64,000 bases of DNA from Nemertoderma westbladi (taxonomy: Eukaryota; Animalia; Xenacoelomorpha): NCBI GenBank assembly GCA_032718475.1, contig JAUCBJ010004109.1, forward strand, positions 31,452 through 95,451. Direction: 5' to 3'. Both the position numbers and the translations under genes were made by a program. The stretch's first letter is position 1. The number at the start of each line of letters is the position of its first letter. The notes below the pieces were generated by a model. That model was not told the DNA's origin. It saw only the letters and a program-made list of their open reading frames with translations, and did not search any database. Shown in pieces: positions 38,174 through 50,100 of the stretch.

Positions 38174-41100
38174 TTATTTCGGGAAACCATAGTATTGAGG
38201 GGGTCGGACTGTGCGTCCGGAACGAGTGGCTGGTTTCGGCGGTTGGGTCGGGGTCTCGGGGGTTGGTGAAGCGATCTCGGCCCAGGTCGGGGGTGCTTCC
38301 GGGGGCGGAGTCGCTGGTTCCGGTACATGTAGGGGCGCGGTGGGCGGACTCGGACTCGGAGTCGGTGTGGTGGCCCCTCCTTCCGAGGTGGTGCGGGGTC
38401 GGAGGAAGACTCGGTTGCGTCGGAGTACGCTGCCACTCTCCTGGCGGACCATGTAGTCGTGGTTCGGGAGCGCTTCGACGACTACGCCTTGGCCCGTCCA
38501 ACGCTTGGTGATGGTATTCTGGACGAGGACAGGTGTCCCTATGGATATAACACGGAGGGGCCGAGTGCGGAGGTCGTAGGCCGCACGTAGGCTGCGTTTG
38601 GATTTTTCGGCGACCTCGTCCAGTTGTTGGAAGCTCCTCCTCCATTTGGGGTCGAATGAGGAGGAATGTGCCGGCAGGGCTTCCCGTATGTTGCGCCCAT
38701 ACAGTAGTTCTGCAGGCGAGCGCCCGCCGTATCGCGGAGTATTCCGAAACGCGAGTATACCTTGCGCGATTCCGTCGACATCGTGGTTGGTCCCTCGAAC
38801 GATTCGTTTCATCGCTTTCACGGCGGCTTCGGCACGGCCGTTGGTGCGGGGGAGGTATGGGGACGATGGGTCGAAGTGGACCCCCCAGTTTTTAAGGAAG
38901 GTCCTCACCGCCTCTGAACCGAACTGGGGGCCGCCGTCGGGATGGAACTCCTGGGGGACGGCGGTAGCTAGAAATAGACGTCGGAGGTTCATGATGATGG
39001 CAGCCGAGGTTGTATCGGAACCAAGTCGGAACAAAGTGGGCCAACCGGTGTATTCGTCGGTAGCGACCATGTAGTTCGTGCTGTCCGCCACGAATAGGTC
39101 GGCGTGGACCCTTTGGAACGGCCGAGTGGCCTCGGGGTGTCGTTGGAGGGGTTCCGGTGCTTGGGACGGTAGTGACGACTGACAGGATTGACAGCTCTCG
39201 ATGGTGACCGCAATGTCGTTCGAAATGGTCGGCCACCAGACCGACCGACTTGCGCGCTCACGGGTCTTGTTGAGGCCCTGGTGGGCGGCGTGGAGTAGTC
39301 GGAGGGTGTTGGAGCGGAGTTCCTTCGGGATGTAGATCCGCGGCCCGTGGAGGATGACGCCAGCGTGTACCATGAGGTCCGTGCGGTGCTGGAAGTAGGG
39401 TCGCAGGTCGTCGTTGGTAATGTTATGACGTGACGTCGGCCAGCCGTCCCGGATCGTGGCGAGGAGAGCCGTGTAGATCGGGTCGACGGCGCCGGCGGCT
39501 CGGAGTTCGTCGAGTCGGGCGTCGCGGGCGTCGAGTGTCTGCGCTGTCTCAGCGAGAGCCGCCGAGACGATGAACTCGCGGTCGTTGTTGTCGTCGGCCG
39601 CGAGGACGAGGTCATCCCGAGTGGGTTTATTTCGCGGCGAGCGGGAGAATGCGTCGGCGACCAGGTGCCGGGATCCTTTCTGATGGCGGGCAGTGAAGTT
39701 AAACCGCGATAGAGCCGTTTTTAATTTTAAGAGACGGTCATTTGAGACCTGGTCGAGCCGTCTATCATTCAGGATGGGTATGAGGGGGCTACAGTCCGTG
39801 ACGAGGTCGAAGTGGTTTAGCCCATCCAGGAAGTAGCGGCACTTGTGTGCCGCCCAGGCCGCTCCGAGGGCCTCCAGTTCGGCCATCCCGGACCAGTTAG
39901 CCTCGTGTTTGGCGAGGGTCCGAGAGCCGCACTGGATGGTCAGCCAGCGGTTTGGAGTCGGGTCCCATTGGCGTAGGAGGAATCCAAGGCCATTGAGTCG
40001 AGAGGCGTCTGTCAGCAGTTCGGTTTTCCTGTTGGGGTGGAAGCCGGAGAGGTAGAGTGGGCTGGACAGTGCTGATCGGGTGGACTCGAAGGCGGTCTGG
40101 TGTTGTGGCAGCCAAACCCAGGTGGTGCGGTCCGTGTTGAGGCTGCGCAGTGGCTCGACGTGTTGGGAAATCTCCGGAGTCGAGTTTCCCAACTGTTGTG
40201 CGAGGCCGAGGAAGGACCGGAGTTCGCGACGGTTGGTTGGAACCGGAAAGTTACGGAGGTCGTCAGTGAGGGATGGGTCGATCCGGTAGTTGCCGTGACT
40301 GACGAGGTAGCCTCCGAAGCGGACTTCGGGGCGGCAGTATTGGACCTTGTCCGTGTTTATTGATATGTTGGCGGCGTCGCAGGCTGCTAGAACGCGAGCG
40401 ACTGCTTCCGGGTGTTGTTCGGCTGTCTCCGTGTGGATGATGACATCCTCCACGATCCGTCCGATGTCGGGAATCCCATGGAGTGCTCGGGCCATCCTCG
40501 CGTTGAACACATCCGAGCTTCCGTGCCACCCCATGGGCATCCGCCGGTAGCGGAAACGGCCACGTGGGGTGGCGAAGGTAGTGAGGCGGCGGCTGGCGAG
40601 GTCAAGACCCACCTGGTGGAAGCCCTTCAGGCCATCGAGGACGGTAAAGTACCGGGCCGAGGTTGGGATTTTGGAAACGACGTGGAATGGGGAGTCGGAG
40701 AAGTAGCTCGGGCGAACCGTAGCTTTATTAAGTTCGCGTAGATCGACCGTTATGCGAACTTTGTTGGGGTCGCTCTTTTTGCGTGTAACGACCATCGGGC
40801 TGAGCCACTCGCCCGGGTTATTCTCGTCTCCGGCGGGTTCCAGTATACCCATGGCGATCTGGGTGTCGAGTTCCTGGTTGAATGCCGCCTCCATGTTGAC
40901 GGGGATGGTTCGATTAGTGTAGCATTGGTTAGGTCGGGCGCCAGGGATGAGTTTGATTGTTATTTCCCCGCCGGTCATTATGCGACACTGCCCTGAGAGT
41001 GGGCGGGGAAAGCGGCGTTCGAGCGCTTCCCAGTCGGCGTTGGCGGACGCCACTGGGGGTATGGTGGTGGCTTGTGGATCGGTAGAGGGGGGCGGGGGGG

Positions 41101-42619
41101 TGGCCGGCGTTATCGGGGCGATGGCTGGCCCGGTCGGTGCCGGTTTATTGGTGGCTTTGGTTGGTAACGGCGTTGCAGTGGGCTTGGTTTGCTCTGAATA
41201 TGAGTAGTTCGTTGTCGCCGTGAGGTCGCCACCGCGGAGTATCGGGCTCCGCAGGATGCCCAAGGTGAAGCACGCCCGTCGGGAGAGGAGGGGCTGTTGG
41301 AGTCCATCGAGAACCCACAGGTCTGTAGTGCAGACAGTTCCGAGGGTGGCGCATCGAAGTGTGGCGTTAAATATGTCTTTAAGCGACCACCCATCGCGGC
41401 TCCCATTGGCAAGGCGGGGGGCCTGAGGTGTATCGGAGTCTCGGTGGTTCGTCATTGGTTCGCCGTCGGGGTGGCGGAGGTTCTCGAGGCGACCACCGAA
41501 CGCCCTGAAGGTTCGCCATGGGATAGTGGACACATTAGCTCCAGAATCGGGCAGGAATTGGAGTTCGGGGATTCCGTGTGAGGGGTTCTTGGTGACCTGG
41601 AATCCGATGGTCACTGTCTCTAGGGATTCGAGTCTCTCGGTGGCGGAGACGGCTGGGATGGCTCCAAAGTCGAGTCCCTCCAGGATTGTCGACCATATTT
41701 GGGCGTGGCTGGCGGACTCTGGGGCATTCCGGGCATTGTCTGGTACCCAATCGGTTGAGTTTGTCTTTGGGTTGTGAGTGGGGCGGTTGCGGCACATGCG
41801 GTCGTAATGGCCGACCAGGTTGCAGTGCCGGCAGTGCGCCGCAGCACCCGGGCAACGTTTACCTGCCAGGTGAGGGGGATATCCACATTGCTGGCACTTC
41901 GAGTTCAACCGTTCCTTGGGCGGTGGCTGCGTGCGTCGCGGTGTCGCTCCGATGCGACTGGCGACTGCAGAAGGAATGGGCGAGGGGTGGGCAAGGGATG
42001 CCGCGTCTTTGCGGGCTGCCCAGACGGCTTGTGCTAGTCGGAGTGCGTCGCCGATAGGAAGCCGCAGGAGTTGCTCGGTAACCTCCTTATCGACGAATCC
42101 GGACGTGAATTGGTCCAGGAGGCGGTCCTCCGTGTGGGCTTCCTTGGTTGCGAGGGGGGCGAAGTCGCACTTGGTAGCTATATCGCGTAGGGCAACGAGG
42201 AACGATTCCGGACTCTCTTCCGGAAGACGGTGGCGTCGGGCCAGCTGTTGACGGTAAACGCGTTTGTTGGTTCCGCCGTCGATGTGCTGACCCAACCAGT
42301 TAATCACGGTCTCCGAGTTCGCGTTTTCCGCTGCGGTAAGGGCGAGCCCCTTGACGACGGCGTTAGTCGCGCAAGAGAACGCTGTTGTGAGGGCAGCGCG
42401 GCGTAGACGGAGAGTGGATCGGTTGAGGTCTTCGGTTACAACGGCGACTGGAGGTGTAGCCGGGTCGGACACGTACAGGTTGAGCAGACCCGAGGTGGCG
42501 AGGAAGGCGTCCCATTCATCTTTCCATAGTTCCCAAGTTGTCCTTTCGGATTCGATGTCGAATGCGGGTGGGGAGCTGCGCAGGACGAAGATGTGAGGGT
42601 TGCGTGGGTCCGTCGCCAT
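38174..42619 (-). CDS. Gag-Pol polyprotein (gag, two zinc knuckles, protease, RT, RNase H, integrase)
   Basis: CQQCGYPPH...C and CRHCNLVGHYDRMC knuckles; PDSGA protease; VDLRELN, RMPMG and IVED in RT; TDAS RNase H; HAAH...CQSC, HADLF, DGGPQF and NGRAEAAVK in integrase. Confidence 0.95.
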   Translation of the reverse strand: MATDPRNPHIFVLRSSPPAFDIESERTTWELWKDEWDAFLATSGLLNLYVSDPATPPVAVVTEDLNRSTLRLRRAALTTAFSCATNAVVKGLALTAAENANSETVINWLGQHIDGGTNKRVYRQQLARRHRLPEESPESFLVALRDIATKCDFAPLATKEAHTEDRLLDQFTSGFVDKEVTEQLLRLPIGDALRLAQAVWAARKDAASLAHPSPIPSAVASRIGATPRRTQPPPKERLNSKCQQCGYPPHLAGKRCPGAAAHCRHCNLVGHYDRMCRNRPTHNPKTNSTDWVPDNARNAPESASHAQIWSTILEGLDFGAIPAVSATERLESLETVTIGFQVTKNPSHGIPELQFLPDSGANVSTIPWRTFRAFGGRLENLRHPDGEPMTNHRDSDTPQAPRLANGSRDGWSLKDIFNATLRCATLGTVCTTDLWVLDGLQQPLLSRRACFTLGILRSPILRGGDLTATTNYSYSEQTKPTATPLPTKATNKPAPTGPAIAPITPATPPPPSTDPQATTIPPVASANADWEALERRFPRPLSGQCRIMTGGEITIKLIPGARPNQCYTNRTIPVNMEAAFNQELDTQIAMGILEPAGDENNPGEWLSPMVVTRKKSDPNKVRITVDLRELNKATVRPSYFSDSPFHVVSKIPTSARYFTVLDGLKGFHQVGLDLASRRLTTFATPRGRFRYRRMPMGWHGSSDVFNARMARALHGIPDIGRIVEDVIIHTETAEQHPEAVARVLAACDAANISINTDKVQYCRPEVRFGGYLVSHGNYRIDPSLTDDLRNFPVPTNRRELRSFLGLAQQLGNSTPEISQHVEPLRSLNTDRTTWVWLPQHQTAFESTRSALSSPLYLSGFHPNRKTELLTDASRLNGLGFLLRQWDPTPNRWLTIQCGSRTLAKHEANWSGMAELEALGAAWAAHKCRYFLDGLNHFDLVTDCSPLIPILNDRRLDQVSNDRLLKLKTALSRFNFTARHQKGSRHLVADAFSRSPRNKPTRDDLVLAADDNNDREFIVSAALAETAQTLDARDARLDELRAAGAVDPIYTALLATIRDGWPTSRHNITNDDLRPYFQHRTDLMVHAGVILHGPRIYIPKELRSNTLRLLHAAHQGLNKTRERASRSVWWPTISNDIAVTIESCQSCQSSLPSQAPEPLQRHPEATRPFQRVHADLFVADSTNYMVATDEYTGWPTLFRLGSDTTSAAIIMNLRRLFLATAVPQEFHPDGGPQFGSEAVRTFLKNWGVHFDPSSPYLPRTNGRAEAAVKAMKRIVRGTNHDVDGIAQGILAFRNTPRYGGRSPAELLYGRNIREALPAHSSSFDPKWRRSFQQLDEVAEKSKRSLRAAYDLRTRPLRVISIGTPVLVQNTITKRWTGQGVVVEALPNHDYMVRQESGSVLRRNRVFLRPRTTSEGGATTPTPSPSPPTAPLHVPEPATPPPEAPPTWAEIASPTPETPTQPPKPATRSGRTVRPPQYYGFPK

Positions 42620-42677
42620 GTCGGGTGCGGTAGTTAAATGGACGTCGGTGGGTCCGGATTATCCGCGTGTTCAGAAA

Positions 42678-42687
42678 CGCTGCGCCA
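42678..42687 (-). promoter_or_regulatory. Primer-binding site (probably tRNA-Ser)
   Basis: TGGCGCAGCG directly after the 5' LTR, complementary to a tRNA 3' end ...CGCUGCGCCA. Confidence 0.7.
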
Positions 42688-42852
42688 TGACGAATGTATA
42701 TGTGGGGTTGCGCATTAACAATGGAGTGACATGCGGTCAAGTATAACGTATGTGTATTCAGATATTATAAGTAGAGCAAACCAAGCATTAGGCCTAGATG
42801 AAAAGGGCAGTACAGAATTCAGAAGGCAGTATAAGTACTGGAATACTATACA
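42688..42852 (-). repeat. 5' LTR
   Basis: Identical by eye to 37703-37867. Confidence 0.95.
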
Positions 42853-43123
42853 ATATTGATACCTACAAATTTTCAACTTGGCAGCTTTAAATCCGACAAA
42901 GTTATTAGCATGTCAAAATCGTAACGACGACGACGACGACGACGACAACGACGACGACGACGACAACGACGACGACGACGACGACAACTATTTGCATAAA
43001 TTGACCCACCCCCTAACAGTGTCAATTCGCTAAGGCTCCGCCAACTTCGTGGCTCGCCCCACAATGAAAATCGAAAAATCTGAAAGTTCAAGAACATTTT
43101 AGTATTATTTACAGACTTTCGAA

Positions 43124-43667
43124 GGTACTTATGAAGTGCGTGGCCAACATTTTGAGATTCATCTTTATTTTTATAGTAGCAGCTAGTTTTTTGCTAATTT
43201 TTCTAGTGTTTCTTATTATTGTTCACAGTTCTTTAAGAATTCTAGTATACTTTTGTTTAATATTCTATATTCCAGAGGCTAGTAGTAGTTGTTTTTTTGT
43301 AAAAAAAAAAATGTCTTTGCACTATTGGAGAACATTATGAAAGTTCACACGATGAGGGTTTGATGTTTAGTATGCCATGCCATGTATTTGATATACGCAA
43401 TTGAAAAATAAATAAATAATTTATATTATATACTGTTCTTATGTTATATACTGTTGCAATATTCTGTACATACAGCTAATTTATAGATTATGCGAACTAA
43501 TAATCTATTTAATGTATAATGAAAAGATCAATTAAAATAAATACAATAAATTAATTTAAATAAAAATACCTAGCTAGTAAAAATTATTTACTAGAGACCT
43601 TAAAATTAAAAAAATAAAAATCACTATGAAAATCTTCAAAATGTTGGCCACGAACTTCATAAGTACC
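43124..43667. mobile_element. Mutator-like MITE
   Basis: ~32-bp TIR GGTACTTATGAAGTGCGTGGCCAACATTTTGA; perfect 9-bp TSD ACTTTCGAA (43115-43123, 43668-43676). Confidence 0.85.
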
Positions 43668-44503
43668 ACTTTCGAATTCTAGAACATTTTCGTATTATTT
43701 ACGAATTTTCGAAAATCTCTTATATTTTGTGGACAGAACAATACTACTATTTAGGATATATAACGACTTCAGTATTAAAGGGAAACTCAAAATTTTTGTA
43801 AAGCTCTCCTAAAAAACCGCATCAAAATATTTGATAGAACCCGATTTACGAAAGTACTAAAGTAGAGCGGCTGCGGGGCATTCTGGAAGGTGATTGCTTC
43901 TCAAAGCCGTAGCTTTACTAAGTTTAAATTATTCGCAGGCGACTTGGTTATCTATCTAGTTCATGGCATGAACGGAACGTGGTCTCAACGATGACGTGTC
44001 CTCTACTATGAAGGAAAATATGTTTATTTTTCAACGAATATGAAAAATAATACAGTAATAATATATTTACAAGGCACCTTTTAAGGGCAATAAAACAAGG
44101 CGCGCACATACATAGGAGTCGTTATACAACCTTCACTCTGTTTCACAAAACATATAATAAACCGAAAGAAACAATAAAGCATACGACGCTACACCATGTC
44201 CTGGAATATAGTGTCGTTATTCAGGTACATGCCCCCCACCCCCCCCAAATTTTTCTACAAATCTTAATGAGATTGCATTAAATTTGAAACAGAGATCTAG
44301 TTGCACCTCCCTCCTCGGAGGAGGGAGGTTCAGCGCCCCTGGGTGAGTGCGCCCGGGGGAACACCCCCCCCCCCCCTTGCTACGCCTCTGGATTCAATAG
44401 ATATTACAGTATATAATGGCAGATTCATATATTTGATTTATAGGTTTTTGCCACCGTAATTTAATACACTGCGGTTTTATTATAAAATATACGTATTTAA
44501 AGC

Positions 44504-45433
44504 TACACGAAGTGGGGCCTTCGCGCAGCACGTGACTTAATTATACTTAGTTATACATTTCGCCCTCTAGCGACAGACTGGAGGACTCCAGACCGTTTAC
44601 TGCCCACCAAAGACTCAGGCCGACTTCTACTACATATCTGCTACGTTTCAGCTTGAACGGATCATAAATAACGAGATGGGAGAAAAAACATTTCGCCCTC
44701 TAGCGGCAGACTGAAGAACTGCACACGGATTAGCCTTCAATTCAATTCAATTCAATTCAATTCCTTCTTTCAAAGTCACAGCTAATGGTCTAGTACATAT
44801 CTGCCAAATTTCAGCATAAATGGATTAAAAGCAAAGAAATGGGAGGACATTTAACGTTTAGACATGTGGCCCTCTAGCAGGAGACTATTGCTCTGATGGT
44901 GTCTGAAAGTCTCTCAAACGTCTCAACTTTAGCTCATATTGATACCTACAAATTTTCAACTTGGCAGCTTTAAATCCGACAAAGTTATTAGCATGTCAAA
45001 ATCGTAACGACGACAACGATTTCACTTTCAGACCTTTGGCCCTCTAGCGGCAGACTGGAGAACTGCAGATGGATTCGCCTCCTTTGAAAGTCACACAGCT
45101 AATGGTCTAATACATATCTGCCAAGTTTCAGCTTAAACGGATTAAAAGCAAAGAAATGGGAGGGCATTTAATGTTTAGACATGTGGCCCTCTAGCGGGAG
45201 ACCATTGCACTGATGGTGTCTGAAAGTCTCTCAAAAATCTCAACTTTTGCTCATATTGATACCTACAAATTTTCAACTTGGCAGCTTTAAATCCGACAAA
45301 ATCGTAACGACGACGACGACGACAACGACGACGACGACGACAACGACGACGACGACAACTATTTGCATAAATTGACCCACCCCCTAACAGTGTCAATTCG
45401 CTAAGGCTCCGCCAACTTCGTGGCTCGCCCCAC
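44504..45433 (-). mobile_element. HINE-like element copy 3
   Basis: Nearly identical to copy 2 without the Gypsy insertion; shows the empty site CTCATATTGATACC. Confidence 0.8.
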
Positions 45434-47166
45434 CTACTGTATAAAATTAAATGAATATAAAATTAACTTGTAGATTTTATTACCTTATCTAATTAATTAT
45501 ACTACAATTACGTATTATACTTATCTAATTTATTTTATACTGTATAATGGGCTGTTTCGGACACAACGCCATATATCGTAACAAGCAGACTAAATGAAAG
45601 TTTCTAAAAGTTTCAAAGAATGGGTTTATTTCTATGTTTATTCGCAACAAATGAAGTGTTAAGAACCATGTCATTATAAAGACTACGTATCCACCTCATC
45701 TCTCAAATCCTTCAACACTTATTAGAGGAGCCTGGATCCCACCCGGAAATGTGTATTATTAATTATTAAAAATTTAAGTATGGTATTTATGGTAATATAA
45801 TTATGTTATTTTCATTTGTTCTGTCGCCATTATGTATTATTGCTAGTCTTGCTAATAGTTTGTAACGGAAATAACCCACACTTTCGATGAATGTAAGTGT
45901 AACTATAGAGCTACGGGTGGGGTGACAGGGTCTGGTGTTGCACTTTAATACAGAGAGACACCTCCCCACCCACCCTCCTCCCACCATTCAATTCCCAAGT
46001 ATTTATACAACACCCCTGATATCAAATAGGCAAATATTTGAAGGCTAATATCTCAGTTAATCTTTGATGAAATTAAACCAAACATTGTACAGATGTAGAC
46101 TGTCTAAAGATTGAAACAGGATTTGCGCCGTGGAACGCAGCAGTTCTCCAGTCTCTCGCTAGAGGGCGAGTAGGCAATACAGTTGAAATAATGGTACCCG
46201 ACCCTTACCCACTAACGTGTTTCGTTGTTTTTTTTTCCTTTACGCGAGAAGCGGAATAAATGAGAATCATACCATTATATTAATAGAAAGCGACCAGTTT
46301 TATTAAGCAAAATCGAAATTATAATACAATTCAATTAATTGACTATGCTAATTAAAATTCTTAATTAATTGCAAATATTGCGCCAATAATAGAACTCATG
46401 CTAAATATTGTAAGTAAATAAATAATTGCTGAATATGAATATCTAAGAAAAATTGCATAAAGTTATCACTAATATAATATTTAAAAACAAATACTATAAA
46501 CTAGAATAGAGTATAACAAAATATTTATTAAAGTATTAGAAAAAAATTAAATATTCTATATATTTAAGTAGCTCATGCACAGAATATATATATATAAATC
46601 AACCCATTCCTACAAACTAAAAAATATATATTTGATAATAAAACTGCACTAAATTGATACGCCATTAATCGGCATTACCTGTACATTATAAGGCATTGAA
46701 AGTAAAGAAATTAAGTAAAATATTAAAATTGTAGTTGAGGAAGTGATATAGAAGGCAAATTTAATAGCACTATTTAAAATTAATATATTTGGGGGTGGGG
46801 GGGGGGGGGGGGGGCATAGCGAATATTTCATCCAGTTGTATTTATTAAGTAAAAAGTAACGAGGTAGAAAATTATATTAATGCTAAAAAACTAATGTAAG
46901 ATAAACAAACTATCTACAAGGCCACAACATTATTGTATGTGATCACTGCGACAATTTAATGCATAAAGGTTGGAATTCTACTTCCTTTAAATAAATAAAA
47001 TATGTAGAATCAATTTTCTAAAAAGCACATTATTAATTATTAATTACTAAACTAAAAACCTTAAGTAGTTAGAAAAAAACTGCAATGAACTGATGAGCCG
47101 CTATTTAAAACACGAATTTAAATAGTAATAATTTATAGTAGCTAAAATAATGAAACTATTAAATAG

Positions 47167-50100
47167 TTAGACTTCCGACTCGGTATGACCACCGACCGGG
47201 TCCATAAAGCTGTCTACCACCTGTTGCAGATCGGATCTGAGGGTCTCGGGCGAAGGCCCGTCCGTTGTCACGGTTACACTCTCCTCGGGGGGTTCGCCGT
47301 CACGTATCACCGTTCGCTTCACCACCTGCCGACGGACCACGATCCTTCGCGTTGTAGTGACGTCACTATCCTCGTCACCTCCGGGGTTCATCGCTCGGCT
47401 CACCAACTCTCGGTCTTCCTCGCTGATATCGTCCGCAACCTTCCCATCTTCCAACACAATCTCTCGCTTCAACCCTTCCTTATCGACGAGTATGACCCGG
47501 GTTATCTTCCGCTTAGTGTGCTCCACAGTCTCCATGGCGACGCGTTGTTGCATGGCGACGGGGGCAGCGCGGACTGACGTCACAAACGCGCAATCTTCTT
47601 CGACGTTGTCCAGAGGTTCCACGGCTCTCCGGAAGGCCTCGTCGTCGGAGCTGGCGGAGGAGCCGGGAGCCGGCGGACACCAGAAGGACCAGTCCACCGC
47701 GGCGGCAGAGTCCACTTCGTCTATAAAAGGTTCGTCGTCGAGGGACAGCTGGGGAGCGGTGATGGCGCGTTGGGGGCGCGACTCGGTAAACAGTTCCTCT
47801 CCGACCTGCTGGGGGGCGCTGGGTTCCTCGCTGACTCGCAGGGGGACGCTGGGTTCGTCGTATAACACTAGTCTCCCAATGTCGATGTACGCAGGAGACA
47901 AGGGGGCCGTCCGTTTTGGTGGATCTGGAGGTAAACCACCCACGACAGAGATATTTAGTTGCTCTGTTGGTGCCGTGTTTAATTTCATATTAATGGAACT
48001 CACTTGTGGTGCAATTTCATTCACTTGTTCGTTTTCTTGTAGCGCATATTCGTTTTCTTGTGGCGCATTTTCGTTTTCTTGTTGCACATTCTCCTTTACC
48101 TGCGATACAACCTCGTATACTTGGGGTGGTGCCGTGTTTACTGAGGTAGAATCTATTCTAATTGAAGAAGATTCTGTTCTTGTGGTGGAATATTGAGATC
48201 GTGTGGATCTCGACTCTATTCTAGCGGATGTCGACTCTGATCTTGTGGAGGTCGACTCTGGTCTTGTGGAGGTCGACTCTGGTCTTGTGGAGGTCGACTC
48301 TGGTCTAGTGGAGGTCGACTCTGGTCTAGTGGAGGTCGACTCTGGTCTTCTTGAGGTCGAATCATGTCTTGTGGAGGTCGACTCTGGTCTCGCGACTACT
48401 CTAGGTGGAGCCATCATTGCCATCGATGCCCGCCCCCTTGCATCTCTCTCTATTGTCTCGTAAGTGATATCATCTATAACCGTCTTCCTAAACTTGAACA
48501 CCCGTCCCATACAGACAGCGTTGATATCGTCCCGTCCTATGGCGGTGAGGGAGTCACCCAAACGCTTACCAGTCGCCTCCACTCCCTCTCTCTCGGCCCA
48601 GTAGTGCAGCATAGCGTAAGCAGCCGCTGCGTGCTCCTTCCCGTACTGGTTCTCTAGATTCTCCACCAACTCCCTCCCCAACCCTAAACGCATCGCCAAC
48701 GGCTTCCAATCGACGCCAAGGTGTTCCGCGATGCCCTGCAACCGGAACTGCGCCCGCTCGTACGACGAGTTCGGACTCAGACCCAACTCGTTGAGCGAAG
48801 CTCGCCGTCGTCGGAGATCCAATGATGCAAAGTTGACGACCAGCGGTCCGATCGGTTGGGAGCCGTCATGCTCAGGGAGCGTCACGTTGAGGCTGCACAC
48901 CGGCACTGGGGTCTCCTGGCGACGCAACGCAGAACTTCTCGACTCCCGGAAGAAACCCAACCGGCCCGCCGCATCTGTCTCCATGTCCCGAACGCGAAGG
49001 AAGAAAGCCAAACGATTCTCCCGAAACGCGAAGAAGTTCAACCGAAGAAGCTCCCCGGATTTAAGAACCGGGACGAGATTTCCGGTACATTCGATAAACT
49101 GCGGTTTACCTTCTAGAACTTCGACGTCACGACTTCTCGCGATCTCCTCGAAATGTTCCTGCCGCTCCAATGTTTTATCCACCTTGTCGTCGGTCACACA
49201 GAACACGCGCATCCTGGCCTCGTGCGGGTCGTGACGTTTCGCGAAGACCACGAACTTGGCCATGTAGGGCACCGGGACCAACTCCTTGTGGACGAGATGA
49301 GCGAACCCGGCGGCGTCGAAGACCCCATCGCCGGGCTGGTTGACCAACCAGAATCGGGCCGATAGATTGGTCTCGAACGAAACCGTGGACCCGTCTGGAA
49401 CGAAGGATAACGGATTTCTATCGGTGATGTCTTCCCAATGTGAGGCCGAGGTGCCACCAGCAATACTGGAAACAAGTCGCAACGACTTTGGGTTACTCGG
49501 GTCAAACCACTTTGGTGTTGGTATGGTAACGATGACGCGCTTATGAAAGCGGCGACGTCTGGGCTCCACCGTTACTACAGGGCTAAACGACAACTGTGAC
49601 GTCACTGCGTCGTTGACGGCTTTCTTTACGAGGTCATCGCAAACTGGCTGGACTTGCAGCCCTACTGTTATCTCCTTCTTCAATGTTCCTTCAGGAATCG
49701 AAACTAATATCTTCGGGACGACGGTGGATGATATAACACCTCCCTCCTCGTCGATTATTTTAGTTTCTTGACGAATTCGCGACACCAATGCAAAATACAT
49801 CGGGAAACTCTTAGTGATGATTCGAGTAACTCTCGTCGACTGGTTGTCGCCACTCCTCTCATTGTCTGCAATCTCATTATCATCAGAGAAACGAATTGTC
49901 TCTAAGATCTCCTCCCGGGTACAGTGCGAGAAGTGTTCGACCCACTGGGAGCCGTCGTTGGATCGCAGCACCACGATCTCGCGCTCGCGACCTCGCAGCG
50001 ACGCAAAGTGAGGCACCTGCAGCGAGACGGGACCCAATAAGGCCATTCCCGCGGGGGCCATCTCGATAACCCGAGCGGCAAGACCCTCTCCTTCCATTAG

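Larger units (their letters stand above)
37703..42852 (-). mobile_element. Full-length Ty3/Gypsy (Mag-like) LTR retrotransposon
   Basis: Identical 165-bp TG...CA LTRs; 5-bp TSD ATATT (37698-37702, 42853-42857); PBS; single gag-pol ORF. Confidence 0.95.
36944..43062 (-). mobile_element. HINE-like element copy 2, interrupted by the Gypsy element
   Basis: Same termini and (GAC)n tract as copy 1, reversed; the halves 36944-37702 and 42853-43062 join to match copy 3. Confidence 0.8.

Noticed and set aside
38174-42619. High GC of the Gypsy ORF as evidence of horizontal transfer
   Set aside because: Host exons (ankyrin, MFF, MRPL37) are also GC-rich relative to intergenic DNA.
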